A DNA stretch of 63,616 nt, the filler included, from Basidiobolus ranarum (Eukaryota): assembly GCA_040143965.1 (NCBI GenBank). It is 8 parts of 8 records of this genome, joined end to end, with 100 filler letters (N's around TTAATTAATTAA, not from the genome) between each part and the next. Parts side by side here need not be neighbours in the genome. Positions count along the whole stretch, not along the records: positions 31,953 to 39,821 come from JASJQH010007929.1; positions 39,922 to 47,758 come from JASJQH010007930.1; positions 47,859 to 55,690 come from JASJQH010007931.1; 5 more parts are not named here. The stretch is one strand, 5' to 3'. The notes beneath the pieces are model-generated. The model was not told the origin of the DNA, did no database searches, and saw nothing but the letters and a program-made list of their open reading frames with translations. Positions 36,701-49,289 of this stretch are shown here, piece after piece (within the stretch, counting starts at the first letter, position 1; each line of letters starts with the position of its first letter). The translations under genes were made by a program, and so were the position numbers.

Positions 36701-38057
36701 AACAATTGTGCTAACCATGACACCAAAGAATGGGGTTTATATTCAAAGTACGCCAACAAAGATGATATCATCAAGATAGGCGACCGTAGTACCTTCAAGT
36801 TGAACGATGTTTGGAAGGACTTGAAAGAGCAGGTGGAAGATAAGTGTGGCTCTATTTTACCCGATGGGAGTCTTCCGGATTTACGAAAAATGCCAGGCAG
36901 TAAGACCGTTTCAAGGGCGGTTCTGTGTAAAACAGAAAACACCGGACCTAAAAAGCCACTCTATGTGAATATTTACAATACGGATACAATGATGGCCGAG
37001 ATGAGCATTTATCGACTGGATCCTGCAAACCTAAAAAGTAATGGGAAGGATAAGCGACAAAAATTTTATCAGGAACGAGGCTTGAACCGGAATCTGCAGC
37101 CAAACCGTCAATCGAATATAGCCACTGTGAATGGACAAGTGGTACAATATGATCGGGGTCATCTTTTTCCAAATTCTGCAGTGAATATCCCTTCACAACG
37201 GGCAGCAACCTTCAGCTATATGAATCAGGTTAGTTGAATGAGGGATCATTTGGGTATCATAAATCATACATTAACTTCATCCTTAGGTACCCATGCATAA
37301 AGCTACCAACCAACATGGGTCATGGAGGAGCTCGGAACGATTACTTAGCTATTATACAAAATCCGTAGGACGTCAAGTTTGGGTTGTATCCGGCACATGG
37401 GTAAGTCCCACCGCGAAAGCCTCCGGACTGAACGTTGGAGTGCCCACACACATGTATCAAGTCGCTTGTGACATCATCGCTGGGTCATCAATTGGATTTT
37501 GGGCCTACAATGACCCAGATGATAAGGCACATGGATTAGGATTCAGAGCTCATTCAGTCAAGTTTATTGAGCAGCGAATTGGTTTCAAAATCTTTCCAGA
37601 TGATTGTAGTGGGGGTAAATACCAAGTAGATCAATGGTTCGAAGAAGCCGAAAAAGTAACATCATCTAATTGTCTCTCTTTTCGTGATTACTACGAAGTA
37701 AATGGAATGGCACAGCTGAAGCAGGTGCGAGGTTGCCAAAAGATTACTATGGATGATGACGAATGTCTCGAAATACCAAAGTCCCCAGCAGGTATACAAG
37801 GGCGCTTGGATCAGAAGATAAAAGAACGCCGCGAGAAAGATCCTGATTTCGAACCTAGCTCTTGTGAGGAGTCTGATGATGATTATGATAAAACTGAGGA
37901 TGAAATATTGGATGATGACATTGAAGTAATTGAGGATGGCCGGAAACAATCAGACTGCATGGTAGAATTAGATCGCAGAGCTCACTTAGACAGAGGTTGC
38001 AAGCCAAAGCGGTTTAGTGCAGATGACAGTTGTAGCGATTATGAGGTAGATTACTAG
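33797..38057 (+). CDS. Large secreted Cys-repeat protein with a C-terminal DNA/RNA non-specific (His-Me finger, Endonuclease_NS) nuclease; ~1332 aa
   Basis: Exons 33797-34051, 34176-34357, 34438-37228 and 37287-38057 have GT-AG ends with consistent phases and total 3999 nt. Signal peptide MLRWNIVLRTLLLPVCFLLYAEG, ~25 C-x5-C-x5-C-x4-C modules, and nuclease motifs YDRGHLFP...ATFSYMNQVPMHKATNQHGSWRSSE...VWVVSGT...VGVPTHMYQV. Confidence 0.88.
34700..36245 (+). repeat. Coding tandem repeat, ~78-bp unit (CKSENDCPGDQVCNHGTCSDExxxxQ), ~20 copies
   Basis: Directly visible in the DNA and in the 971-aa ORF translation. Confidence 0.95.
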
Positions 38058-39921
38058 TATTAATATCCATCCTTTTGATATCAGCGTATAGTGTTCATTA
38101 ATTATATTTGCACCTTAATAATTTTAATAAAGCCATGCATCCACATTTTCTATCTTTGCCTGGCATTAAGTGCTCCTACTATACTATGTCTTTACTGCAA
38201 AAAGCTCGTACAGCAGCTGCTGAAGTGACATCTTATCCTTTCATATAGTGATGTTTTGGTGTAATCGCATGCACCACAAATATGTTTTAAGTAATGGAGA
38301 ATTAGCTGCCTCTAATGTGTGCTAACTTGGGCCAGTCCTACACTTGGAGGGATCCCAACAAAAATTGCTGTTTTAGTTGATATTGAAAAATTTTTGGAGT
38401 GTTTTGATGCCAGTAGAAAACAATCAATTCAATCCCAATTGGACAAATGTTAATTTTTCTCATTTTGAAATACTATAGTACACCAACATACAAAGTTACT
38501 TAACATATGCCATTTGTATGCAACTTGCATTAGTATCTGTTTGTTTGTTACCATTGCTAGCAAGTTACCTGACCTTCACCATGACTCTATCATGTGACCT
38601 ATCCCATGGCTACTAATCTCTTCCATTTCCCTTCTATTGAAGCATATGCCCTATTGCATGATCATTATCAAATTATTATTATCTGCCAAGTCATCTGCCA
38701 ACACACAAGTCAATAGGAGTCATAAGTATCATGGCCAATGATTTTCACTACCAAGAATTCAGCTGATGCATTATTTACTTATCTTTTTATCAATGTATCC
38801 AATCACATTTCTTGTTTACAAGAATTAGTCCTCTATTTTCTTCGTGCTGAATAATGCACTCTGCTATGAAAAAGTAGAAATATAGTTAACTGAACCTTTT
38901 GATTTAGTGTGTGTCTCAACAAATATGGGATCTCAACACTTGTCAGTGTGCTCTAACAAATTCAATCTTCCCCTCTTATTTCTATCCAAGCCTAGTATCC
39001 ACTAGCATCTACAGAACACCAAGCCTAGCTGCTTAGCAAACCTAATCTCTACTGCAAGATAGCAAATCACTGCTATTCACAAGACTCATATTGGTTAGAT
39101 CTGCTTGATTAGTATCTCATGAGTAAACAGTTCTAAGACCCTGCACTTAACTATTTTCTTGATTCAGCAAAGTTCAAGACTTTTTATCTACTTACTCTTC
39201 GACACAACAAATACCATAACTAACTGATCAACCAAGGCTAACATCTGTAGAGTATTCATCCAGAACATATCTTTTATAACTTGAATAAAAACTCTCTGCT
39301 AGTAATTTTAACTGATGTTAAAGTAGAGAGCACTTTAAATAAAGCTATCAAAGCAAAACCCATTGATGAACCTGCCATACATGAACTGCTCTGATTCACC
39401 AAAGTCAATCCCTAACAATAATAAAATCAATTTGATCCGGATTGGATCCACCCTTCAAAATCTCAAAACCATCAGAGAACCATCACAGTATTGATGGCTT
39501 GCATTCTGCAAGGGATTTTGATGGTGTGATGGTGATTTCTTGATGGTATTTTGAAAGTATTCATATATGTAAAAGTATTGATCCTCATACTTGGCATGCA
39601 TTATTAATTTCCGGCACCTTCTGCAAAAATATAATTTTGAATGGCAAATTCCTGGGTTTACTGCTGTAGGAATTCAAATTAATATGCATGCCTTTATTTA
39701 GATATTTTAGGCTTTGTATTCCAGCCATAATGAGAATCAAAAAATACAAGAATCTTGTTGTGTTTAGTCTATACATATGCACATATTTGACTGATTAGAC
39801 ATAACTTAACAACATCAATATNNNNNNNNNNNNNNNNNNNNNNNNNNNNNNNNNNNNNNNNNNNNTTAATTAATTAANNNNNNNNNNNNNNNNNNNNNNN
39901 NNNNNNNNNNNNNNNNNNNNN

Positions 39922-40033
39922 ATCTTGACAAAACTATAAATGTCAACTTTCTACTCAATAAATCAATAAGTGAAAACCACCAATTCCTCTAATTCTCCAA
40001 ACCACTTCCAACAGGCTCCCAAATACTTCAACA
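39922..40033 (+). mobile_element. 3' part of a family A LTR at contig start
   Basis: ACTATAAATGTCAACTTTCTACTCAATAAATC...AAATACTTCAACA. Confidence 0.85.
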
Positions 40034-42076
40034 ACATCTTGGAAGTACCAATGTAAGCTATTAATTCCTGGGACTCAGAATGCTTCTTGCTCTTAATAAA
40101 TGTTAATAGAGACTTTTACTTGATTGGTGCAGCATATTGCAAGTTTACATAGAACTTAATCCAGTAATATCATGGCCAAGCTAGGTTAGAATATAGCACT
40201 ATATCAGATTGCAAGAATTTCTTAGTGTATCTTGGGGTTTAGTTGATATCCAGTAGTTGCTGAATTTTGTGTCAAGAAGAGATGTAATATTATGATTGGG
40301 ACTCCAGGCTTATATGGAAGAAACTTTTCAAGGCACTTGAAAGACTAATGTTTGTAATGTTGTACTGGGCTCCCCAATAATGCTACTCTTAAGTGAATTC
40401 AAAGACCCTAGATATCATCAATAAATAAATAGTATTGAGGTATTATTCAATAGCGTCTCAAACGTCTAAGACAATTTTAATCGCTTACAGTTTAGTATGT
40501 GTTTTGTACTTATACGAAATTGATTTCGATAGTTTCTGTTGGAACACTTGCATTGGAACCAAATGCAAATACACGTATATTTATCGCATACGGGCTATTA
40601 ATAAATTTCGAGTCAAATGTCTTGTATCATTATCTAAATGATACGCTACTTTGAAATTGCATATCTACACTAACAAATCACTAAACAAACCGTTTAATTA
40701 TGTATGTTGAATAAAGAAACCTGAATGCTATAAAAATGTTGATTTTATTTTGCTGTGTATTCACCTGTAAGAACAGAATTGAACAAGTAGGTACTTCGAA
40801 TGCCATTTAACTTTTCAAAGTAGTGCCAAGCTTATTCATTGATATCCCCTAAGGCAGAGACAATGGTGCTGTTTGGCTATTGTATAAATAAGTTTGTGGA
40901 ATAGACCACGTGAGACATTTATTGCAGAATAACAGATAGAGTTTTGTTTCATAGTCAAAGCAACCAAATACATTTTGTTATTTATCCGATCTCGTAGTGT
41001 AAGTATGGTTTCTTTGGTTCCTAATTTGACTCACACCAGCCGTATAGAGATGATTCGGGATATGAGTAATAATTGGAACTTTGGAAAACTGAGATTCAAT
41101 ATGTTACAGAGTGGAGCTCAGGGCTTCTGTAGTTCAGTGAATTGACAAGTAAATTGGAGGCCGTCCAGGAGACTAGGTGGTATTGCTACTCTCAACCTCT
41201 CTCTCTGCGTCTCAGGAGAACACAAAAGCAATGAAGGAGCAGTGGAACAGCCAGCGACAGAGATAGGGCTTATTAGGTCTGGCAATTAAGAGCAGGTTGC
41301 TGTTCATCTGTTTCGATCAAGCTAGCAAACATAAGCTACTCTGCGTAAATTTAAATTGAAATATTCATCATGGCCTCTCTCTTGATTCTATTGGCTTTAT
41401 CGCGCTTGTATACTAGCACTTCTGTAACGGGCACTACCATCACTTGCCGGTTGCATTCATTCCATGCTGAATTGTGAGTATTACAAAGAGATGGCTCTGA
41501 TGCAGGATGATACAATAGGCTATACCAAAGCACATTACTAATCTAAATGGGAACTAGTGCATCTTTTCGGTTGCAATCAAAATAATATTAGTGGTACATC
41601 GACTATGGTGATTGTCGGGGGATTGAAAATGCTAGATTAATCTTGAATTTCCCGGCATAACCTTAAATCTACCACCTAGCTACTATTCGTAAAGGTACTA
41701 CCAGACCGCTTTTCTAAAGCAGAGGGGAGGAGTTTTACTTTGATCGATTCTGTTACTATTGAGTTACTATGTATATGAGGTAGAGCAGTAAACAGCCACA
41801 CTGTAAATCGAGTCAACTTCTGATACACCTACTATGCGTGGAAATGGATACAACTGACACTCCTCCTACCCGCACCTACATTTCCTTAAACTAAGAGTTT
41901 CAGACTAATTACCTTCCCTTCTCCAACAAGGATGGCACATGTACCCTGAAATAGTATAAGTACTGATTACCACAGCATTGTCCTCAATAATCACAAATAG
42001 CCAAGCAACTTCCTAACCCTTGGCTTTGACCACCTACTCACAAATCTAGCAACAGACAATCCCCTCATTGATTATT

Positions 42077-42997
42077 ATGGGAATCGATACTTTTTTGACC
42101 GTGGAATCGCCAACTGGACCATCAGCAGGGTTCACTGAGATCACTGAGTCATTTGTTCCGCTTACACCGGTTCAAAAGTGTATCAATTCATTTGCTGGCA
42201 ACCTTCGTTATAAATATCGAGAATATATGGCGGAATTCTTTAGCACCTTCATACTCCTCGTGCTTGGTCTAGGGGTGGTTCATGTAGTGATGCTGAGTCC
42301 AAATAAGCAAAACTTTTTCAGTGTAAATTGGGGATGGGGATTAGCATTGACAATGGCTATTTACACGAATGTAGGCATCTCAGGAGCGCATCTGAATCCT
42401 GCAGTTACCATTGCTTTAGCCATTTCTCGGGGATTTCCTTGGGCTAAGGTACCGGGATATATTTTTGCACAGACTCTCGGTGCATTTTGCGCATCTGCCT
42501 TGATTTTTGGGCTGTATTATCAACCTCTCAATACTTTTGATGGAGGGATCCGCCAAGTAGTTGGGTATAAAGCCTCTGCTAACTTTTACGCAGCTTACCC
42601 TGAGCCCTTTATCAGTCAAGGAAACGCGTTCTTCAACGAGTTCGTCCTTACGGCAATTCTAATGATAGTGATTCTTTCTATCACTGATCATCGTAATGCT
42701 TCCTATGCTGCACTTGGACCGATAGTTATTGGGCTTATGCTCGTTTGTATCGGCATCACTCTTGGTGGATTAAACGGATATTCACTTAACCCTGCCCGTG
42801 ATTTTGGGCCTCGTCTCTTCACTTTAGTTGCTGGATGGGGAGTTGAAACGTTCAGTGCTTTTGACTACTATTTCTGGATTCCGATGGTAGCACCTATTGT
42901 AGGAGCGGTATTCGGTGCCATTCTTTACGACTTTTTTTATCTTTTTGAGACAACGCACACTTTATCTGAATCTGTCCGCAAATACAACTCATCGTGA
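42077..42997 (+). CDS. Aquaglyceroporin (GlpF/AQP3-type MIP channel)
   Basis: Two NPA boxes (SGAHLNPAVT and GYSLNPARDFGPR; the Asp after NPAR marks glyceroporins) and 6 TM helices. Intronless; ATG at 42077. Confidence 0.95.
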   Translation: MGIDTFLTVESPTGPSAGFTEITESFVPLTPVQKCINSFAGNLRYKYREYMAEFFSTFILLVLGLGVVHVVMLSPNKQNFFSVNWGWGLALTMAIYTNVGISGAHLNPAVTIALAISRGFPWAKVPGYIFAQTLGAFCASALIFGLYYQPLNTFDGGIRQVVGYKASANFYAAYPEPFISQGNAFFNEFVLTAILMIVILSITDHRNASYAALGPIVIGLMLVCIGITLGGLNGYSLNPARDFGPRLFTLVAGWGVETFSAFDYYFWIPMVAPIVGAVFGAILYDFFYLFETTHTLSESVRKYNSS

Positions 42998-45900
42998 AAA
43001 AGCAACAGCAGCCTTCACTTGCTACTCTTCACTTTTATAGCGCCAATGGGCAAAAACTCATGAAATCTAAGTTTACTGCCCTTTTCCTGTATTTTGGGAT
43101 ATCATGTAGCCGACAATCACAAGATTAGGCCCCTTCTAATCATCACCAAAAACATTCTCACTGAAACTTGCATACTACTGTACATAAAATTTGTCTATAT
43201 GGATTGACAGAGTTCATTAAACATTTTCTTGCTTTTTCATTTTCATCAGTGGTTTCCAAGCACTTAGCATCTTAAAATAATAACTTCTTGGTAGTATATG
43301 CAATAGTGGTAGAACAGATGAAACAACCGCAAGTGGTATCTCTGCTGAATATTCTATTGAAGATAACATGTGGTGCTAGAAGTGAAATCCTTTATTTTAC
43401 CTGTGACTCCTAGCAATGATACTTTTTAGAGCCGTATAGCAAACATCTTACAAGCTTAGTACTCAGGTAGATTGTAGACCTTTCAGTGGTGGGGCTTTTC
43501 AGTGCTATTACTGTCTGTATATTAAAGAGGAGTATCCAGTAATGAGAACCCTCATAACAAGCGACTATTGGATAATTTATGTTTATCCAAGTGTCATACA
43601 AGTGCGATGGTAAAAGAGAGCTTTACTTTCATTTGGAGAGAATATCCTTTTATCATTTGTTACAAGTATGCTTGTGTTCGCATAATTAAATAGAATTAAC
43701 CGCAACAAAAATCTGGAGAACTCGCATAGTATAGGTCTAGAGATTCACTGAATTTATAACAGAGATGGAGTACATATCTCATAAGCTTGTAGCTCCACGT
43801 AACCAATTTAAGACCGAGATATACTCTCAGCATAAGTGGTTGGAATTTGAAAAATACCCACTCTGTAGAATGTCATCAGGAACTAGATATGGCCAATTTT
43901 ATCCAACTCCTATTGGTAAAGCTCTACTCGTTTAGCAATGGATAGCTAGGTGACAGAGCAGCATCCGAAACGACATGCATTAAATTCATGGATTAATGCC
44001 GAAACTTGAGGATTCAACTACGTACTTAGTAAGCGATTGATTTTTTTACGTTTACGGTCTCAAGGCCATAGTGAACTTTAAAGCTTTTACAGGACACAAA
44101 AAGAAGAGCCTAGTATTGTGACAATTCGTTTAATGCATGTTTACAACTCACATTATTCTAAGCATATATCAGTGGGCAGCACATCTGATATATGCGAGAA
44201 TTAAAGCAGTACAACCACTACTGATATTTGAGTTGCTATTACCAGGGTTTAAGAACTTCATTTCTAATGTTAAACATCTGGCAAGTGTAAGTATATGTAA
44301 AGGCTCTTATGCCAACAATTCTGATTCTAGGTGTACGACTCTAAAGTTCATCATTGGGAACTACAGCGCTCGTTAAACTCAATATATAGCCAAGTTACCT
44401 TGCTTTATCAAGTCAAGGGTTAAAAGATTAAAAACCGTGGTTTAGTAGTTGTACTCTACATTCAACTGCAACAGATGCTCACTGTATAAAATTATGGGAT
44501 TGTTTCGATATGGCTTAGCAAAAGTGCCCAAACTATCTGGTGCAGTTGGAAGGAACAATACAATCATGCGGCATATGGTTCGTCGTTGTGCTCCTTAGGA
44601 TTGAATTACAGCAATCATCTTTACTTCAATGCAGAGTTATGATGAATGCGATAAGCGTCTTTAGCACTGGCGTAGAGTTTAAGGAGACGTCCATTAATGT
44701 TTGACTGTGTTTCAGCTACTGAAACGTCCATTCTTCAGTTAGACTTTTTTCTATATGCAGTAGAACTTGGCAGACACTCATTTCACTCAGTCACCAATAG
44801 TTTAGACGATCTTCAAATGTTCATGTCAATCGTTGTATAGATTTAAAACAGTACCAACGTAACGCATAAACAGGTTCGAAAGTGGAATTGTATGGATAGA
44901 ATAGTAATATAATACCATTCATACAAGTATGAGCGTTCGAAATTCGGTGATCCTTGCCAGTTTTTGTAAACATTGGACTGGGTAAAGCAGGTGAGAAGGT
45001 CCCTGTCGTATCTAATATTGGGACCAGTGAGAAGATAAGCCTGTCTCGCCCAATGAATGTTCATAAGGAACAACCCTTTTCACTGCAGCCATATGCACTA
45101 CAATAATATCACTACAATTTACAATTGGCAAACATTTAACAGTGTAAGCTCCCATTAACAACGCAAATCTCACGAATTCTCCTCACGTGAGCTATGCATA
45201 GGAAGTAGATCATAATGCGCTATACTTAATGCTTGCTTTCGGAGAGTTAGAAAACAATCACTGGTGATCTACTGGTACGGATTTCACTACTGTTTTAGAA
45301 ACCTGTTTGTGTTCATACCGAGGCCTCCGTTCCCGAGGAGTCGCAAGAGTTAAGATTTTAAATCGCCACGGGATATGCAGGCAGCCCTAGGTTTCGTTGG
45401 TGCTTTTCTAATGCTAATTGGTGTTAGAGTAGCAGACATCACGCTAGTTAGTGCTCCTCCTTGCCTTGGTAACGCCTAATCTCGTTGCTATTGTATAAGC
45501 ATATTGATATCATCATCTCGACTCTATTCTTAGCCCGTAAGATCGGTTTAATCTATTCGAAGATTGATCTCAAACTGCAATAGAGACAGATCTAACCCAG
45601 GGATGCCAAGCGGGTTTGGCTTTGATTGGAGGCTTCCAAAGACCTTACCTGCATCTAGTTACCTCATATTGCTAGCTCCTGCTCATTTATTGAGCGTTGT
45701 TGCATCTTTAAGACCCAAGTCAACATCCCTCATTCTTGCCAATGAACTGGCTTAGCTCTACCTCCAAACAAATAATTGTCTTTCCCTTGGGTCTTGAATG
45801 ATTCTAAAAACCGGTTTTGCAATAATCCAATTCCCGTTATGTAATACGAGGCATTTCACCATGCTGCTGAGACTGCCGTTCATTGGCCAATGGGCTGACC

Positions 45901-46157
45901 CAATGGTGAGGAGAGAAATCAGTGGCTTCAACGTTACTTGCTAAAAATCGCATCCCTACTTCGGTCTTGGTGCATCAGTGGTCCTGATCATCATATAGCA
46001 GATATATAAAGAATACCCAGTCTCTTGAAGGAGAGTTAGGCATGCTCTACCTACTCTAACAGATCTATTTTAACTATTTATCATTGTTTGACTGCCATTC
46101 ACACCTGACTGCTTTTTCCTACTCCACAACCACCTTTACAAGACTTGCTTGTTCATC

Positions 46158-47176
46158 ATGAAGTTCCTAGAATTCCCTTCACTTGATATACTCAATAAAC
46201 ACCTAGCTTTTGATACGGTCGACGGTCAGATAGTGGGCAGAGTAGAAGCATATTCTTGTACGCACCATGACTGTTTTCAAATCCAAACTGCTTTATACCC
46301 TCTATTAACACGTCTTTTCGGTAGGTAAGAGCGCCGGCTCGGACAAGAAATTGTATATACAATTGGAGTCGCGATACCAAGAAGATCTCTCATCATATAG
46401 TCTATCTCCTGACGAGAATCTCCATCTCATAATATCTCCTTTCGGCCCCTTGAACCAGCCATCCTCACGGAAAGCCCTGTTTTATCTGATATCAACACTG
46501 AACGCCTCCTTTCCCGACTATGATTTTAGGTATCGTAGCTGTATTAAGCTGCACTTTATAATGAGTTCTCCATTCTCTAATCCCTCTCTCCAACAGTAAC
46601 TTACGATCGGAGCAATTCTGTAAACTTGCATCTCCTCTATATGTGATCAACTACATCAACACCACGCTACTGAACATGGGCCGTATCAACATTGTTCATC
46701 AGCTACGATTTTGGGATGCAGTGGATGAGGCCATTGTGGTTGCCGACTGTGATGTTTACAGCTACGATCCAGATGTGGACTCTGATCCGTATGCTGAGGA
46801 AGGCTCTATGTAAGCTTGAACTATTTACTAGGATCTAAGATTTGGAACTAACATGAGTATCATGGAACAGTTGGTCCTTTAACTACTTTTTGTTCAACCG
46901 TAAATTGAAGCGTATCTTATTCATCAGCTTTAGTGGACAACGGTACATATTGGGTACATTTGGTTGGAATCTTTAAATACTAATCCACCGTTTGACTTTC
47001 CAGGTCGCAAATTAACTCTACGACGGACAGTGAGTCCGAATTGAGTGAGCTGGAAAACGATAACAGGTGACGAACATATGGTAGCGCTAACAACGCTAAA
47101 GTAATTGACTGATTCTTGATATTCTAGATCACCGTACGCATACGACGATATGGTAATGATGCACATGGATGATTGA
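46158..47176 (+). CDS. MAF1: RNA polymerase III repressor Maf1 (multi-exon)
   Basis: MKFLEFPSL...GRVEAYSCKSAGSDKKL, SPFGPLNQPSSRKALFYLISTLNASFPDYDF, CDVYSYDPD...DPY...WSFNYFLFNRKLKRILF. Confidence 0.95.
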
Positions 47177-48277
47177 ACATCCAGTGAATATTCCTATGAG
47201 CTTCAACTATTGAACACCACATCTTCCAGTCCCAGCCTAACTTGAGCACCTATGCTTTTTTAACTCGGATGAAGCTATGTACTATGCTAACCGAAGAATA
47301 TTGAACCTCGATCACATCAGATGTTGTTTATCATTACATCAATCGTGAATAAGACCAACCGAGTCGTTATTTCCCATCTAATAATTGAACCTTGAAACCT
47401 CCACTTGTCAGCTCCAGTTTGTTATGCGTTCCTTGCGAGATGGGATCACCCTCCCGATGATTAAAGGATTTTTGGAGATTAATAAAAGTATGGCACATAA
47501 AACCAGACTGCGTAGTTTTGGATACAATGGCACCCCTGAATTTGTTGTGACTAAATAGGCCCCTTTCATAGCCAAGAGGGATGAAATTTAGACATGGTAA
47601 TGAGACAACAATAACATGGATGTGCTTCACACAAACAATCCATCATGATGGAGGAAAGCCCCCCTCTCTATATAGCAAGTTATTACTCTCGCTGTGAGCA
47701 GTAGGTCCGTCGAGACTGTCGTACAACCAGAAGTGGATTTCAGTTCGAATTACCGGCANNNNNNNNNNNNNNNNNNNNNNNNNNNNNNNNNNNNNNNNNN
47801 NNTTAATTAATTAANNNNNNNNNNNNNNNNNNNNNNNNNNNNNNNNNNNNNNNNNNNNACATTCAGTAATTTGTAAGTTACAAACTAGGGGATGAACTTA
47901 CTTTGTCAGTTACCCAAAATTGTAATTTGACAATAATAAATTGGTTAACTTGGTATGGGCTGGCACAATATTTCCAATAAAATCATTGTGTCCAATTGTG
48001 GTGGGATAGTGCCATATTGCTCCTTATAGTGTCCAATCAAGTGTTATATGACCCAGCCATGGTAATTGAGAGATTGCACCAGATGGTGTACTAGCAGGTT
48101 GGATCAAGCAGCACAATCTGACCGGGTCCAATGGAACAAGTCATATATATATACATCCCGGACATTATAAAATGGTTTAACATAGAGAATAGCAGGCCTG
48201 TATTAAGGACAATGAATCCCTATTTGAAATTAATCAAATTTCATTCAATTTGGCTATATATGAATTAATATGCAAAC

Positions 48278-49273
48278 ATGGAGTTCCCATATCAGTCCTT
48301 GGTGGGTAGTTTAAGGTATAAGCTGGCTGGAGCATGTCCAGACATTGCTCTGGTGATAGGAACTGTCAACCAGTATCTCCAAAGTCCAGGATCTGAGCAT
48401 AAACCCTCTGTAAAACAAATATTCAGGTATGTGAGAGGAACAGAAGTTCTAGTGCTGGAATACTCTGGCACCCCTGATACACAAGATTTGGAAGACTACA
48501 GTGATGAAGACTGTTCAAGAAACCTTGATGATAGAAGATCAATAATTGGTATGCTATTTTTGTGATAATGGACCTAACTTGCAATAGTAGGAGGCACCCA
48601 ACCATAGCACTTTCCACTACAAAAACAGTGTATATGGTTGCTAATGCTACTACACAGGAAGCTATCTTGTCAAGAAATTATTAAAAGACTTTGGATATAT
48701 GCAAAATTGTGCTATTAGTGTATTTGAAAATAATTAAAGTTGTATTTCTTTGGCTAAAAACCCTTCATTTCATGCTAGAAAAAAACATAGAGATATAAGA
48801 GATCATTTTGTTAGGGAGGCAATTGAGATTAATATAGTTAAACTTGTCTGTTGCCCTATTGAAGAAATGATTGCTGACATCAAACCCAAGCATAATTTGA
48901 ATCATTAAGATATCAGACAGGTTTAAGAGAAATATAAAATAATTAGTACAGTGGGAATGTTGAAAGTGGGTAAATAGCAAAATTTTATTAATTAGTTAGT
49001 ATTCTGTTTCTTTAGCCCTAGATTCTGCAATTCAATACCATGTGTTTATTGCTCTAATTTGTAGTAATATCAATTTGATCAATTTTCCCAATTTTCACTA
49101 CTTTCTCAAATCTTTTCCTAATCATCTCAAATTTTCACCAATGCTTACCAGGCATGTGTGTTATTATCTAAGCACATCCAATAGCTTTATTTCATAGTAA
49201 GCCATAACTAGGACCTTTTCAATTCAATAAATCTTTGTTGACTAATTAAAAAATCCAAATTCGGTCCAAAACA
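48278..49273 (+). mobile_element. 3' remnant of a Ty1/copia retrotransposon (RT end, RNase H, PPT, LTR family B from 48958)
   Basis: PYQSLVGSL..., YSDED..NLDDRRSI, then a decayed RNase H. Purine tract AGTGGGAA is followed by TGTTGAAAG. Similar to ~53945-54930. Confidence 0.85.
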
Positions 49274-49289
49274 TGTTAAATCCCCTACA

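Noticed and set aside
42077-42997. Horizontal transfer of the intronless GlpF-like aquaglyceroporin
   Set aside because: Other clearly fungal genes here (ISU1, SulP) are also intronless; there is no support without a phylogeny.
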